A stretch of 64,000 nucleotides of DNA, from contig CAVZZO010000001.1 in the NCBI GenBank assembly GCA_963779755.1, positions 1,792,001 to 1,856,000 of the forward strand, read 5' to 3'. The stretch is from an uncultured Gemmatimonadales bacterium (GTDB lineage Bacteria > Gemmatimonadota > Gemmatimonadetes > Gemmatimonadales > GWC2-71-9). A program made the position numbers and the translations under genes. Below are positions 1 to 9,088 of this stretch, piece after piece (the stretch's first letter is position 1; each line of letters opens with the position of its first letter). The notes under the pieces were generated by a model. The model was not told the DNA's origin. It saw only the letters and a list, made by a program, of their open reading frames with translations, and made no database searches.

Positions 1-915
1 GCGGTGCAGGCGCCGGTGATGGTGGTCTGGTCGCGGGAAGACGACATGCGTCACGACTTCTACCGGCCCGCGTCCTATCACCAGCTGGCGGCGGGGCTGG
101 ATCGCAAGGGCGCCCCCGTGGCCTGGACCCACCGGATCGTCTCGCCGTCGATCATGGCGCGCTGGGGCGGGGTCTTCGGGGGCGCTCCCCGGGGCGCCGA
201 TCCCACCTCGGTGGAGGGAGCGGCGAATCTGCCCTACGCCATCCCCGCGCTGCAGGTGGATTATGTGCAGGCCGACGTAGGGGTCCCGGTCGGGTTCTGG
301 CGCTCGGTGGGCAATTCCCAGAACGCCTTCGTGGTCGAAAGTTTCGTGGACGAGCTGGCGCACGCCGCCGGCGCCGATCCGGTCGAATGGCGCCGCGGGC
401 TGCTGGCCGCGCATCCCCGGCACCTGGGGGTACTCGAACTGGCGGCGGAGAAAGCAGGGTGGGGAACCCCCGCACCGCAGGAACGCGCCCGCGGGGTGGC
501 GGTGGTGGAGTCGTTCGGCAGCTATGTCGCGCAGATCGCCGAGGTGTCGGTCGGAGGCGCCGGGGTGCAGGTGCATCGCGTCGTCTGCGCGGTGGACTGC
601 GGGCAGTATGTGAATCCCGATACCATCCGGGCGCAGATGGAAGGCGCCATCGTCTTCGGGCTCACCGCCGCGCTCTACGGCGAGATCACCCTGCAGGGCG
701 GCCGGGTGGTGCAGGGGAACTTCGACGGCTATCCGCTGCTCCGGCTGGATCACATGCCGGTGGTGGAGGTGCACATCGTCCAGAGCTCCGAAGCGCCGGG
801 CGGCGTGGGCGAGCCGGGCACGCCGCCCATCGCGCCGGCGGTGGCCAATGCGGTCTTCGCCGCCACCGGGCGCCGCATCCGGCGGCTGCCGCTGCAGAAG
901 GAGTTGGCGGGGTGA
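1..915 (+). CDS. Xanthine dehydrogenase family molybdopterin-binding subunit (isoquinoline 1-oxidoreductase beta-like), 5'-truncated by window edge
   Basis: Motifs WSREDD, GFWRSVG, VDCG..VNPD..RAQMEG and GGVGEPG.PP.APA.ANA are typical of IorB/XdhB C-termini. Confidence 0.9.
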   Translation, partial: AVQAPVMVVWSREDDMRHDFYRPASYHQLAAGLDRKGAPVAWTHRIVSPSIMARWGGVFGGAPRGADPTSVEGAANLPYAIPALQVDYVQADVGVPVGFWRSVGNSQNAFVVESFVDELAHAAGADPVEWRRGLLAAHPRHLGVLELAAEKAGWGTPAPQERARGVAVVESFGSYVAQIAEVSVGGAGVQVHRVVCAVDCGQYVNPDTIRAQMEGAIVFGLTAALYGEITLQGGRVVQGNFDGYPLLRLDHMPVVEVHIVQSSEAPGGVGEPGTPPIAPAVANAVFAATGRRIRRLPLQKELAG

Positions 916-973
916 AACCGTTCCCGTTTCCCTTTTCCCGCCGTCGGCTTCTCGCTAGTTTCTCCCCTCCGTG

Positions 974-1046
974 GGGGCGGTAGCTCAGCTGGGAGAGCAC
1001 CTGGTTTGCATCCAGGGGGTCGTGGGTTCGAATCCCATCCGCTCCA
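974..1046 (+). tRNA. tRNA-Ala (TGC), CCA not encoded
   Basis: Acceptor GGGGCGG/CCGCTCC with G3:U70, D-arm TAGCTCAGCTGGGAGAGC, anticodon arm CCTGG-TTTGCAT-CCAGG, T-loop GTTCGAATC. Confidence 0.97.
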
Positions 1047-1111
1047 TTCACGACGGCAAGACGGCCCTGAAGGCCTTCCTCGCGGCCTTTTCAGTGGAGA
1101 GCCGCTCCTTC

Positions 1112-1172
1112 GCAGGACGGCAGGACGGCAGGTGACCCGTTCACCGTTCACCGCCTACCGTTCACCGTCCCC
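1112..1172. repeat. Intergenic short tandem repeats (GCAGGACG x2; CCGTTCA-like x4-5)
   Basis: gcaggacggcaggacggcagg followed by ccgttcaccgttcaccgcctaccgttcaccgtcc. Confidence 0.7.
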
Positions 1173-2483
1173 ATGGTCTCACTCACCCAAAGCTATCTCC
1201 TGCTCGCGGCCGGCAGTCTCCTCCTCGCCGACCGCCGGCGGCGCTACGCCGCGCTGATCGGCGTGATCGCGGTGGCGCTGGCAATCGCCGCCTTCGACGT
1301 GCGCAACCGGATCCTGGCCGGAACGGGCCCCGTTGATCTCGCGCCCGCGGGGCTGAGCTTCCTCCGCATCAATCTGGGCCTGCTGCTTGTCGGCCTGGCG
1401 GTTGCTCTGGGCGCCGCGTTACGTGACGCCGTCACGGTCCAGGCCGAGCGGGCGTGGAGCGCGCTGGGGGCGCTGCTGGTGGCGGCGGCGGTAAGCCTCC
1501 TGATCTGGCGCGAATGGGCCGGGCTGAGCCTGGCCCCCTGGAGGGCCGCGCTGGGCGTTGCCCTGCTGCTCGCTGCCGGAGCGATGGCCGCCGCCCTCGT
1601 GGTGGGCATGCTGCGGATCGGGCCCGCGGTGAACTGGCTGGACGACCGGGTGCTCAGCCGCTCCCCGGCGTCGCCACCGCTGCTGCTCGACTGGGGCCGG
1701 ATGATCGCAAGCTGGGCGGCGCTGGCGCTTGGCACCGGCCTCGTCGTCTGGGCTCCGCATCTCCATCTGGTGGTGGCCGGGGCCTTCCTTGCCGCTGTCG
1801 CGGCGCACCTCCTGTGGCGGGCACAAGGACGGGGCACGCCGGTGCCGCTGCTCCCGCTGGCCATGCTCCCGCTGCTGGTCTTCGCCGACCGGGTCGGTAC
1901 TATCGCGGGGCCCGTCGGCCTGTCACTGAGCGCGCTGTCGGGCGGCCCGTTCAGTCCCGCCGCGCAGGCCTGGCTGCTGCCCTGGCTGCTCATCCCGGTC
2001 TGGGCCTGGACCGGATTCTGGCCGCTGCACGGCCTGGTGCCGGCGGGGGCGGGGCGGGTGGTCGGCGGCCTGTTGCTCTGGCGGCTGGGGGTGCAGCTGT
2101 TGCCCGACGGCGTCCTGCACTGGCAGCCGCTGGCCGCCGCGGTCATCGTGGTCGGGATGGGCCACGCCGCCGCCACACGGCGCATTTCGGCGGGCGTGCT
2201 GGCCCTGGCGGTGTTCGGCCTTATCAGCCGCGCGCCGGCGGGTCCGCACGGCGGGATCTGGCTGCTGGCGTTCTGTGCGGTCCTTCCTTTCACCCGCTTC
2301 TGGGAACCGCTGCTGCCTCCCCTGCCCACGCGCATTGTGCGTCTGGCCTGGCTGCTGCCCGCCTGGGCGCTGCTGCTGGTGCTGCGCGGCGGACTCTCGA
2401 GCCAGGTTCTTCTCACGGTGCTGCTCGCGGCCGGTGCAGCGGCATTGCTGTGGAACGCGCGCTTTACCGCGCGGGCAGAGTGA
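1173..2483 (+). CDS. Polytopic membrane protein of unknown function
   Basis: 436-aa ORF with more than 10 hydrophobic segments and GC3-rich codons. Confidence 0.75.
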   Translation: MVSLTQSYLLLAAGSLLLADRRRRYAALIGVIAVALAIAAFDVRNRILAGTGPVDLAPAGLSFLRINLGLLLVGLAVALGAALRDAVTVQAERAWSALGALLVAAAVSLLIWREWAGLSLAPWRAALGVALLLAAGAMAAALVVGMLRIGPAVNWLDDRVLSRSPASPPLLLDWGRMIASWAALALGTGLVVWAPHLHLVVAGAFLAAVAAHLLWRAQGRGTPVPLLPLAMLPLLVFADRVGTIAGPVGLSLSALSGGPFSPAAQAWLLPWLLIPVWAWTGFWPLHGLVPAGAGRVVGGLLLWRLGVQLLPDGVLHWQPLAAAVIVVGMGHAAATRRISAGVLALAVFGLISRAPAGPHGGIWLLAFCAVLPFTRFWEPLLPPLPTRIVRLAWLLPAWALLLVLRGGLSSQVLLTVLLAAGAAALLWNARFTARAE

Positions 2484-2557
2484 CTCCCCTCACACCTTCC
2501 TGACCCGCGGTTCGCTATGCTGGATCGCGGGCCGGCCGCGGGGAGGAAGGAGGAGGC

Positions 2558-2950
2558 ATGATACTCTGGACCTGGATGCTCACGCTGGGAATCGCGTTTA
2601 TCATCAGCCTGCTGTTCATCGGCCCGCTGGGGTGGCGCCGCACCGAAGAGGATACGCTCTGGTCGAGCGCGCTGTTTCTGTTCGTGCTCACTCTGGGCTT
2701 TGTGTGGCTGGCGGCCATCTGGGTCCGCCCCATCGGACCGACGATTGCCGGCATCGCCTGGATTCCGCTGATCGTGGCGGGGCTGCTGGTGGCCCTGGTA
2801 CTCGCGGTCGCCACGCCGGGCCGGCCGCGGCCGCGCGGTGCGTTGCCGTCCACCGAAGAGCCGCCGTCGGCGGGCGCGCTGGGCGCCTTCTTCTGGGTAC
2901 TGGCGCTGGTGGTTATCCTGGCACTGGTAGCGGGCTACCGGGCGGGCTGA
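2558..2950 (+). CDS. Small membrane protein (about 4 TM), hypothetical
   Basis: Strong SD (GGAGG) before ATG; hydrophobic helices. Confidence 0.75.
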   Translation: MILWTWMLTLGIAFIISLLFIGPLGWRRTEEDTLWSSALFLFVLTLGFVWLAAIWVRPIGPTIAGIAWIPLIVAGLLVALVLAVATPGRPRPRGALPSTEEPPSAGALGAFFWVLALVVILALVAGYRAG

Positions 2951-2966
2951 GCGCCGTCACGCGGCG

Positions 2967-2995
2967 TTGACCGCCTTTTCAAACGCGTCCATATT
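2967..2995 (+). promoter_or_regulatory. Putative sigma70 promoter of sodA
   Basis: TTGACC-N17-CATATT upstream of the AGGAG SD and ATG 3063. Confidence 0.6.
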
Positions 2996-3062
2996 GCGAA
3001 CCCCCGCTGCAGCAGCGAGTGGCTCGACCGTCTTTTCATGTGTCTGACAGGAGTTCCCTCTT

Positions 3063-3677
3063 ATGGCCTTTTCACTGCCCCCGCTTCCCTACGCCTACAA
3101 CGCCCTGGAGCCGCACATCGACGAGCGGACGATGCAGATCCATCACGACAAGCACCACCAGGGCTACGTGACCAAACTCAACGCAGCGCTGGAAGGTCAT
3201 GCCGATCTGCAGAAGAAGTCGCTGGATGAGCTGATCTCCAACCTCGATGCCGTACCGGAGAACATCCGGACCGCCGTGCGCAACAACGGCGGCGGCCACT
3301 CGAACCACAGCCTGTTCTGGGTCATCATGACCCCGGGCGGCTCCTCCAAACCCACCGGCGCGCTCGCTCCGGCCATCAACGATGCCTTCAAGGGGCTCGA
3401 TGCGTTCAAGGAGCAATTCGGCGCCGCGGCGGCGGGCCGGTTCGGCAGCGGCTGGGCCTGGCTGGTGCTGGACAACCAGGGCAAGCTGGGCATCGAGAGC
3501 ACGCCCAACCAGGACAGTCCGCTCATGGTGGGCAAGCTGCCGGTCATGGGCATCGACGTCTGGGAACATGCGTACTACCTCAAGTACCAGAACAAGCGCG
3601 CGGATTACATCGCCGCGTGGTGGAATGTGGTGAACTGGGACGAGGTCGGTAAACGCTACGACACGCTCCGCAAGTAG
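3063..3677 (+). CDS. sodA: Superoxide dismutase, Mn/Fe family (Mn-type signature)
   Basis: HHDKHH, NNGGGH.NH, FGSGW.WL, NQD and DVWEHAYY motifs. Confidence 0.95.
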   Translation: MAFSLPPLPYAYNALEPHIDERTMQIHHDKHHQGYVTKLNAALEGHADLQKKSLDELISNLDAVPENIRTAVRNNGGGHSNHSLFWVIMTPGGSSKPTGALAPAINDAFKGLDAFKEQFGAAAAGRFGSGWAWLVLDNQGKLGIESTPNQDSPLMVGKLPVMGIDVWEHAYYLKYQNKRADYIAAWWNVVNWDEVGKRYDTLRK

Positions 3678-3685
3678 GCTTACGC

Positions 3686-3718
3686 GCCGGGGAGCCCGCG
3701 CGGTTCCCCGGCATTCTT
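3686..3718 (+). terminator. Putative intrinsic terminator after sodA
   Basis: GCCGGGGAGCC-loop-GGTTCCCCGGC hairpin followed by ATTCTT. Confidence 0.6.
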
Positions 3719-3919
3719 CCCCCTGTTCGCCCCCGATGCCTGTGTCCCTGCCGTCTGTCGCATCCTGCGTCCGATTCTTCGCTCCCCTCCGCCTCGGGCG
3801 AGACGGTGCATCTCGCGGACTTGCGCGGCCCCGATGTCCCGCTCGCGTTTTTCCCGGGGCGTTTACCTCCGCGTCCCCCGCCGAGCTGTGCGCGTGACGT
3901 TTCCTCCCCGTCCCTGCTG

Positions 3920-6136
3920 ATGGCCGTGCCTTCGCCCGGCCTGCTGAGCCGCGGTGACAAGTGGTATCTTGGCGCCGGTGACGGTCTGGTCTGGGCGCCG
4001 CCCTTTCCTCTCTGGCACGAGACCCCGGGGTTCTGGGACGAGGCCCACCTGCTGCAGTATCCCGTCGGCCCCCTGTTTACCGTCAGTGTGCTTCCCGCCG
4101 GTCCGCCGCTGCGCGCGGAGGAGTTCGACTGGTCGCCCGCCGGCCTGCGGCTGCGCTACCACATGGCGCCTCGCCTGCAGGCGGTGGAACGCCGCTCCGC
4201 CCCGGGCGACCGGATTCTGGCCTCCGAATGGCAGTTCACCTGGAAAGGGGCGCGCGCCCGGACGCTCGACCTCGTCCTCTGGACCGCCGTCGACGGGGAA
4301 CTGGTGGCAGAGGACGGCGTCGAAGAAGAGAAGTCCGGCCTGGTGCTGCGCCGCCGGGCCCGCGACCGCAAGGGGCAGGAGCTGGCCCTGCGGCTCACCT
4401 ACCGCATTACCGGCGGCCACCAGAGCTGGGGCGCCTACCGCTCCGAGCCCTCCGCGCCCATTCCCGACTACCGGCTCACCCCGTTCTACGACCGGGAAGC
4501 GGGCGAACCGCCGCTGCGCAACGAGGCGCGGCTCGGCGGCATCGATGCGCGGGGCCTGGTCTACGTCGGGCTGCACCGGCGGCTGAACCTGCGCGCCGGG
4601 CGCAGTGCCAGGCTGGCGGCCGCGGTGGAAATCACGCCCGAAGACCTTCCGGTGCCGCGCAATACCACGCCCGCGCGGGCGATGTCACGCGGCGCCGCGA
4701 CCCGCGCGGAGCAGAGCTGGAAATCCTTCTGTGGCGAGGTGCCCCGCTTTTCCTGTTCGGACGAGCGCTGGGAGCGCTACTGGTGGTATCGCTGGTATGG
4801 CCTCCGGCTCAACGGGGTGCCCGCCGGCCTGGGCCAGTATCGCGCGCCTTCGGTATGTGAGGGAATCGGCTATTTCCATCAGCCGATCAGCTATTCCGCC
4901 ATGTGCCATGCGCGCGAAGTGCGCTGGCATGCCGATCCGGCCTGGGCCCGCGGCGTCATCGACACCTTCTTCGACCGGCAGCGGGAGGACGGCTCGGTAC
5001 CGGGCCGGGTGTATCTCGATCACCTGCAGGAAGCCGATTTCTATCACGCCGACTGGGGGCGGGCGGTAGCGGACGTTGACCGGGTCGCGCCTGATGCCGG
5101 GTGGCTGGCCACGCTGCGCCCCCGCCTGGCGCGCTACGGCGAGTGGCTGGCCGGCACCCGCGACAGCGGCCGGACCGGCATGATCGACGTGACCGATCAA
5201 TACGAGACCGGACAGGAGTACATGTCCCGCTACCAGGCCGTCGATCCCGAAGCCGACCGCCACGGCTGGGAGCATCGCCTCCGGCTCAAGGGCATCGACG
5301 TGACGGTCTATGCCTATCGTCTCTTCCGGCTGCTGGAACGCACCGGCACCGACGCTGCCGAGCGCGCCGGCTGGCGGGAGCGCGCGGAACGCACCCGCAC
5401 CGCCGTGCGGGATCAGATGTGGGATGACGAGGCCGGCATGTTCAGCGATGTGGATCCGGCGTCCGGCCGGCGCACCGGGGTGAAGGCGGCGGTGTGTTTC
5501 TATCCCTATCTGACCGACCTGGTGGACGAACGGCACCTCGGCGGCCTGGAACGCCACCTCTTCAATCCCGACGAGTTCTGGACGCCCTACCCGGTGCCCA
5601 GCTCGAGCCGCGAGGATCCCCGCTTCAGCCCCGACGCGGAGTGGAACGGCAAACGCCACGCCTGCCCCTGGAACGGGCGGGTGTGGCCCATGACGAACAG
5701 CCACATGGTCGATGCGGTGGCGCGGGCGGTGCGCCACGGCCGGCCCCGCTGGGCCTCGAAGCTGGCCCACCTGCTGGAGCGGTTCATCAGCATGATGTCG
5801 TTCGAGGGTGATGCCGAGCGGCCCAACTGCTTCGAGCATTACCATCCGTTGACCGGCCGGGCCAGTGTCTATCGCGGCATTGACGACTACCAGCACTCCT
5901 GGGTCAATGATCTGCTGCTGCGCCATGCGGCCGGCGTCCTCCCGCGCGGCGCCGAGGGGGTCACCATCCAGCCCATTCCGCTGGGACGCACGGTCGAGGT
6001 GTCCGGGCTCCTCCTGGCGGGCCACCAGGTCGAGGTGCGGGTGATGGACGGCGATCGGGGCACCGCCGACGTTCGGGTGGACGGCCACGCCGCCGGCCGC
6101 GCCACCTTCGATCAGCCGCTGGAGATCGCCTGGTGA
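3920..6136 (+). CDS. (alpha/alpha)6 glycoside hydrolase, GH63/MGH1-like (start uncertain: 3806 or 3920)
   Basis: C-terminal ETGQE..SRY, W.G.VWP and FEHYHP.TG motifs resemble mannosylglycerate-hydrolase/trehalase-like enzymes. Confidence 0.7.
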   Translation: MAVPSPGLLSRGDKWYLGAGDGLVWAPPFPLWHETPGFWDEAHLLQYPVGPLFTVSVLPAGPPLRAEEFDWSPAGLRLRYHMAPRLQAVERRSAPGDRILASEWQFTWKGARARTLDLVLWTAVDGELVAEDGVEEEKSGLVLRRRARDRKGQELALRLTYRITGGHQSWGAYRSEPSAPIPDYRLTPFYDREAGEPPLRNEARLGGIDARGLVYVGLHRRLNLRAGRSARLAAAVEITPEDLPVPRNTTPARAMSRGAATRAEQSWKSFCGEVPRFSCSDERWERYWWYRWYGLRLNGVPAGLGQYRAPSVCEGIGYFHQPISYSAMCHAREVRWHADPAWARGVIDTFFDRQREDGSVPGRVYLDHLQEADFYHADWGRAVADVDRVAPDAGWLATLRPRLARYGEWLAGTRDSGRTGMIDVTDQYETGQEYMSRYQAVDPEADRHGWEHRLRLKGIDVTVYAYRLFRLLERTGTDAAERAGWRERAERTRTAVRDQMWDDEAGMFSDVDPASGRRTGVKAAVCFYPYLTDLVDERHLGGLERHLFNPDEFWTPYPVPSSSREDPRFSPDAEWNGKRHACPWNGRVWPMTNSHMVDAVARAVRHGRPRWASKLAHLLERFISMMSFEGDAERPNCFEHYHPLTGRASVYRGIDDYQHSWVNDLLLRHAAGVLPRGAEGVTIQPIPLGRTVEVSGLLLAGHQVEVRVMDGDRGTADVRVDGHAAGRATFDQPLEIAW

Positions 6137-9003
6137 GAGAAGTCGTGCTGGTGGCGCGCGGGCCGGAGCGCGCCGCCGCACGACGGTGGCTGGCAACCGA
6201 GGCAGCGGTGCGTGCCCGGGACGCCGGCGATGCGGCGCGCGTGGATCTCGACGGCTGCGATCTTCTCTGGCTGCACGACGTCGACGCCATCCCGCCGGGC
6301 CTGGAGGCCTGGCTGGCGGCCGGCGGCCGGCTGCTGGCCACGCTGGGCTCGGCCGGGATCGCCGCCGCGCTGGGGCTGGAACCGGTCCCGCCCGATGACC
6401 GCCGCGAGGCGGTCTGGCATCACGCCGACGACGAGTTCTGGCTCGAAGAATATCGCTCCTTCAAGGACTTCCCCCACATCCGCGGCCTGGCCGCCTTCGG
6501 CCCTCATCCGCTCTTTGCCGGTCTCGATCAGGGCACCTTCGTGTGGGCGCCGTCGGAAGACGAAGCCTATCGCTGGCTGGCGTATCGGGCCAACCGGCCG
6601 GCTGCGGGCTCGATCATCGCGGTCGAACGTGCCTTCATTCATCTCAACGCCGGCCGGGCCGTCGCCTGGGAGCACCGGGTGGGCGACGGCGGTATCCTCG
6701 CCATCGGAGCCTTCGTCCACCTCGCTTCGCCCGACGATCTGCTGGCGCGTCAGCTCCGGGCCATGCTGGCCAGCGCGGTGGCGGGCGATGCGGTGCCCCA
6801 CCGCGAGCGGCCGGAGCCGGTGGCCCTGTGGCCCGCGCCCGCGTCCTCCGCGCGGCGCGAGCGCGTCCCCGTTCCCGAACTGCCCGATCTCAGCCAGCCC
6901 TGGAGCGACGACGATACTCCGCTGGCACTCCGCCGGGCTGCCGGACACGATGAGCCCTGGACGCTGGCCGGGCGGCGTACGCTGCTGGCGGGCGGCGAGC
7001 GCGGGGGCCTGCAGGAGGTCTGGACCCATCCCTTCCGCCTGATGCGGGACGTCACCCTGCTGGCCGGCGACACGGTTCCCCGGGCGGTCGCCGCCTCGCC
7101 CCTGGGTTTCCGGCGGGAGCTGGCATCCGTCGACCTGCGCCTGCTGGAGCGGTGGACCTGCGGGCTGGAGCTGCCCGTCGCCGTCGGAGACTTCGACGCC
7201 AGCGGACCGCTGGACGTCACACTCGACTGGACGGTGGATCTCCGGCGGATGTGGCCCTATCCCGCCGGCGCGTTCGGCGATCTGCGGTGGAATCTTTCCG
7301 AGCGCGCCGATCGTCTCTGGATCGGCGCGAGCGGCGCCGGGGTGCAGGCGGTGTTTCAGGTGCAGGGCGGGACCTTCCAGGTCGAGCCCCTCGCGGAAGA
7401 GCCCGCGAGCCTGCGGGTGCGCCTGCACGCAACGGGCAGCGCGTGCCGGCTGGTGGCGCTGGGCGCGGTGGACAGCGCCGACCTCGCCAGCGTGCTCGGT
7501 CGGCTCGGCCGCAAGCTGCTGCCCGGACTCCAGGCCCAGCGGGCGGGCCACGCCGCCACCCTGCATCAACACGCCTCGCGGCTCGGTACGCCCGAGCCGG
7601 AGCTCGACCTTGCCTTCGAGTGGGCCAAGGTTCGCGCCGACAGCTTCGTGGCGGAAACGCCGGGTGTGGGGCGCTCCCTGCTGGCGGGGTATGCCCGCTC
7701 CACCCCCGGCTGGGGCGACGGGCGGCCGGGCTATGCCTGGTATTTCGGGCGCGACGCCTGCTGGACGGCGTTCGGGCAGCTGGCCGCCGGCGACCGCGAA
7801 GGCCCGCGCGAGGCGCTGCGCTTTCTCTCCCGCACCCAGGACATCACCGGTAAGGTCCTGCACGAATACACCACCAGCGGCCTGGTGCACTACGACGCCG
7901 CGGACAGCACGCCACTCTACCTCCTGCTGGCCGGACGGTTTGCCGCCTGGACGGGAGATCTCGAATACCTGGCGCGCCACTGGCCGGCGGTGGAGCGCGC
8001 CTATCGCTTCTGTCTGGAGACCGATCGGGACGGAGACGGCCTGATCGACAACCGCCGCATCGGGCACGGCTGGATCGAGCACGGGCCGCTGGGCGGCGCC
8101 GCGGTGACGCTCTATCTGGCGGCCTGCTGGACCGCCGCGCTCGAGGCGCTGGAGCCGGTGGCCGATGCGCTGGGCTATCCCGTGCTCGCCGCCGAGCTGC
8201 AGGAGCGTGCCGCGGTGGCGCGGCAAGCCGTCGAGCGGCGGTTCCGCCTGCCGGAGGGCGGCTGGGCTCTGGGGCTGCGCGATGATGGCTCGCCCCTGCG
8301 GCACCTGACCGCGATGCTGGCCGTGCCCCTGCTGCTCGGCGTGATTCCGGCCGCGTCGGCGGAGCCGTGGCTGGCGGCGGTCGCGGGGCCGGCGTTCTCC
8401 TCGCCCTGGGGTGTCCGCATGATCGCGACTGATGACCCCCTGTTCCAGCCGGCCGGCTACCATCGGGGCGCGGTCTGGCCTTTATATACCGGCTGGGTGA
8501 GTCTTGCGGAATGGCGCAGCGGGCGGTGGGGCGCGGCTCTCGACCACCTGCGGAGCAATGCCCGCCTGCTCCGGCAGCGGGAGCTGGGCGGCTTCGATGA
8601 GGTGCTGCATGGCGAGGGGGAAAGGAGTGCCGGGGTTTGCCCTGACCAGGCCTGGTCGGCCGCCATGATGCTCTCGCCGGCGGTCGAGGGGCTCTGGGGT
8701 GTACGGCCCGATGCGCTCAACGACGCGGTCCGGATCGCGCCCTGGCTGCCTCCGGAGTGGCCCGCCATGTCGTTGCAGTGCTTGAGGATCGGTCGCACGA
8801 TCCTGGATCTGGAAGTCCGCCGGTCGGCCGGCGGGCTGCTGATCCGGGTTGCCCGGGTCTTCGGGCCCAATCTGCAGGTGGTGGTGGAGCCACGTGGTCT
8901 TTCGGAGGGTGCCAGCCTCCTGGTGGACGGTGAACCCGTGGGTGGTGGGCGGGCGCAGTTCCTGGCCGACGACCGCCACGAGGTCATGGCCCTGGTCTCC
9001 TAG
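6133..9003 (+). CDS. Amylo-alpha-1,6-glucosidase / glycogen debranching enzyme-like glycoside hydrolase
   Basis: GY.WYFGRD, DAADSTPLY, YHRGAVWP and QAWS motifs; GTGA overlap with the upstream gene. Confidence 0.8.
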   Translation: MREVVLVARGPERAAARRWLATEAAVRARDAGDAARVDLDGCDLLWLHDVDAIPPGLEAWLAAGGRLLATLGSAGIAAALGLEPVPPDDRREAVWHHADDEFWLEEYRSFKDFPHIRGLAAFGPHPLFAGLDQGTFVWAPSEDEAYRWLAYRANRPAAGSIIAVERAFIHLNAGRAVAWEHRVGDGGILAIGAFVHLASPDDLLARQLRAMLASAVAGDAVPHRERPEPVALWPAPASSARRERVPVPELPDLSQPWSDDDTPLALRRAAGHDEPWTLAGRRTLLAGGERGGLQEVWTHPFRLMRDVTLLAGDTVPRAVAASPLGFRRELASVDLRLLERWTCGLELPVAVGDFDASGPLDVTLDWTVDLRRMWPYPAGAFGDLRWNLSERADRLWIGASGAGVQAVFQVQGGTFQVEPLAEEPASLRVRLHATGSACRLVALGAVDSADLASVLGRLGRKLLPGLQAQRAGHAATLHQHASRLGTPEPELDLAFEWAKVRADSFVAETPGVGRSLLAGYARSTPGWGDGRPGYAWYFGRDACWTAFGQLAAGDREGPREALRFLSRTQDITGKVLHEYTTSGLVHYDAADSTPLYLLLAGRFAAWTGDLEYLARHWPAVERAYRFCLETDRDGDGLIDNRRIGHGWIEHGPLGGAAVTLYLAACWTAALEALEPVADALGYPVLAAELQERAAVARQAVERRFRLPEGGWALGLRDDGSPLRHLTAMLAVPLLLGVIPAASAEPWLAAVAGPAFSSPWGVRMIATDDPLFQPAGYHRGAVWPLYTGWVSLAEWRSGRWGAALDHLRSNARLLRQRELGGFDEVLHGEGERSAGVCPDQAWSAAMMLSPAVEGLWGVRPDALNDAVRIAPWLPPEWPAMSLQCLRIGRTILDLEVRRSAGGLLIRVARVFGPNLQVVVEPRGLSEGASLLVDGEPVGGGRAQFLADDRHEVMALVS

Positions 9004-9029
9004 GTTCCACCACCGGCCAACCGTCGTTG

Positions 9030-9045
9030 TGGCAGGAGCTTTGCA
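9030..9045 (+). promoter_or_regulatory. Putative sigma54 (-24/-12) promoter
   Basis: TGGCAGGAGCTTTGCA = GG-N10-GC, close to the TGGCAC-N5-TTGCA consensus. Confidence 0.55.
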
Positions 9046-9088
9046 GGCTTGCAGGACAGTCTCCGAAGGCGACCCCCAGGCCTGACGA

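Noticed and set aside
974..1172. tRNA-anchored genomic island at tRNA-Ala (or tRNA-Leu)
   Set aside because: No integrase, no duplicated tRNA 3' end noticed, and flanking genes look native.
3719..3919. Possible riboswitch or ncRNA in the gap before the GH63-like gene
   Set aside because: No recognisable aptamer consensus by eye, and part may be coding if the start is 3806; an Rfam cmscan would settle it.
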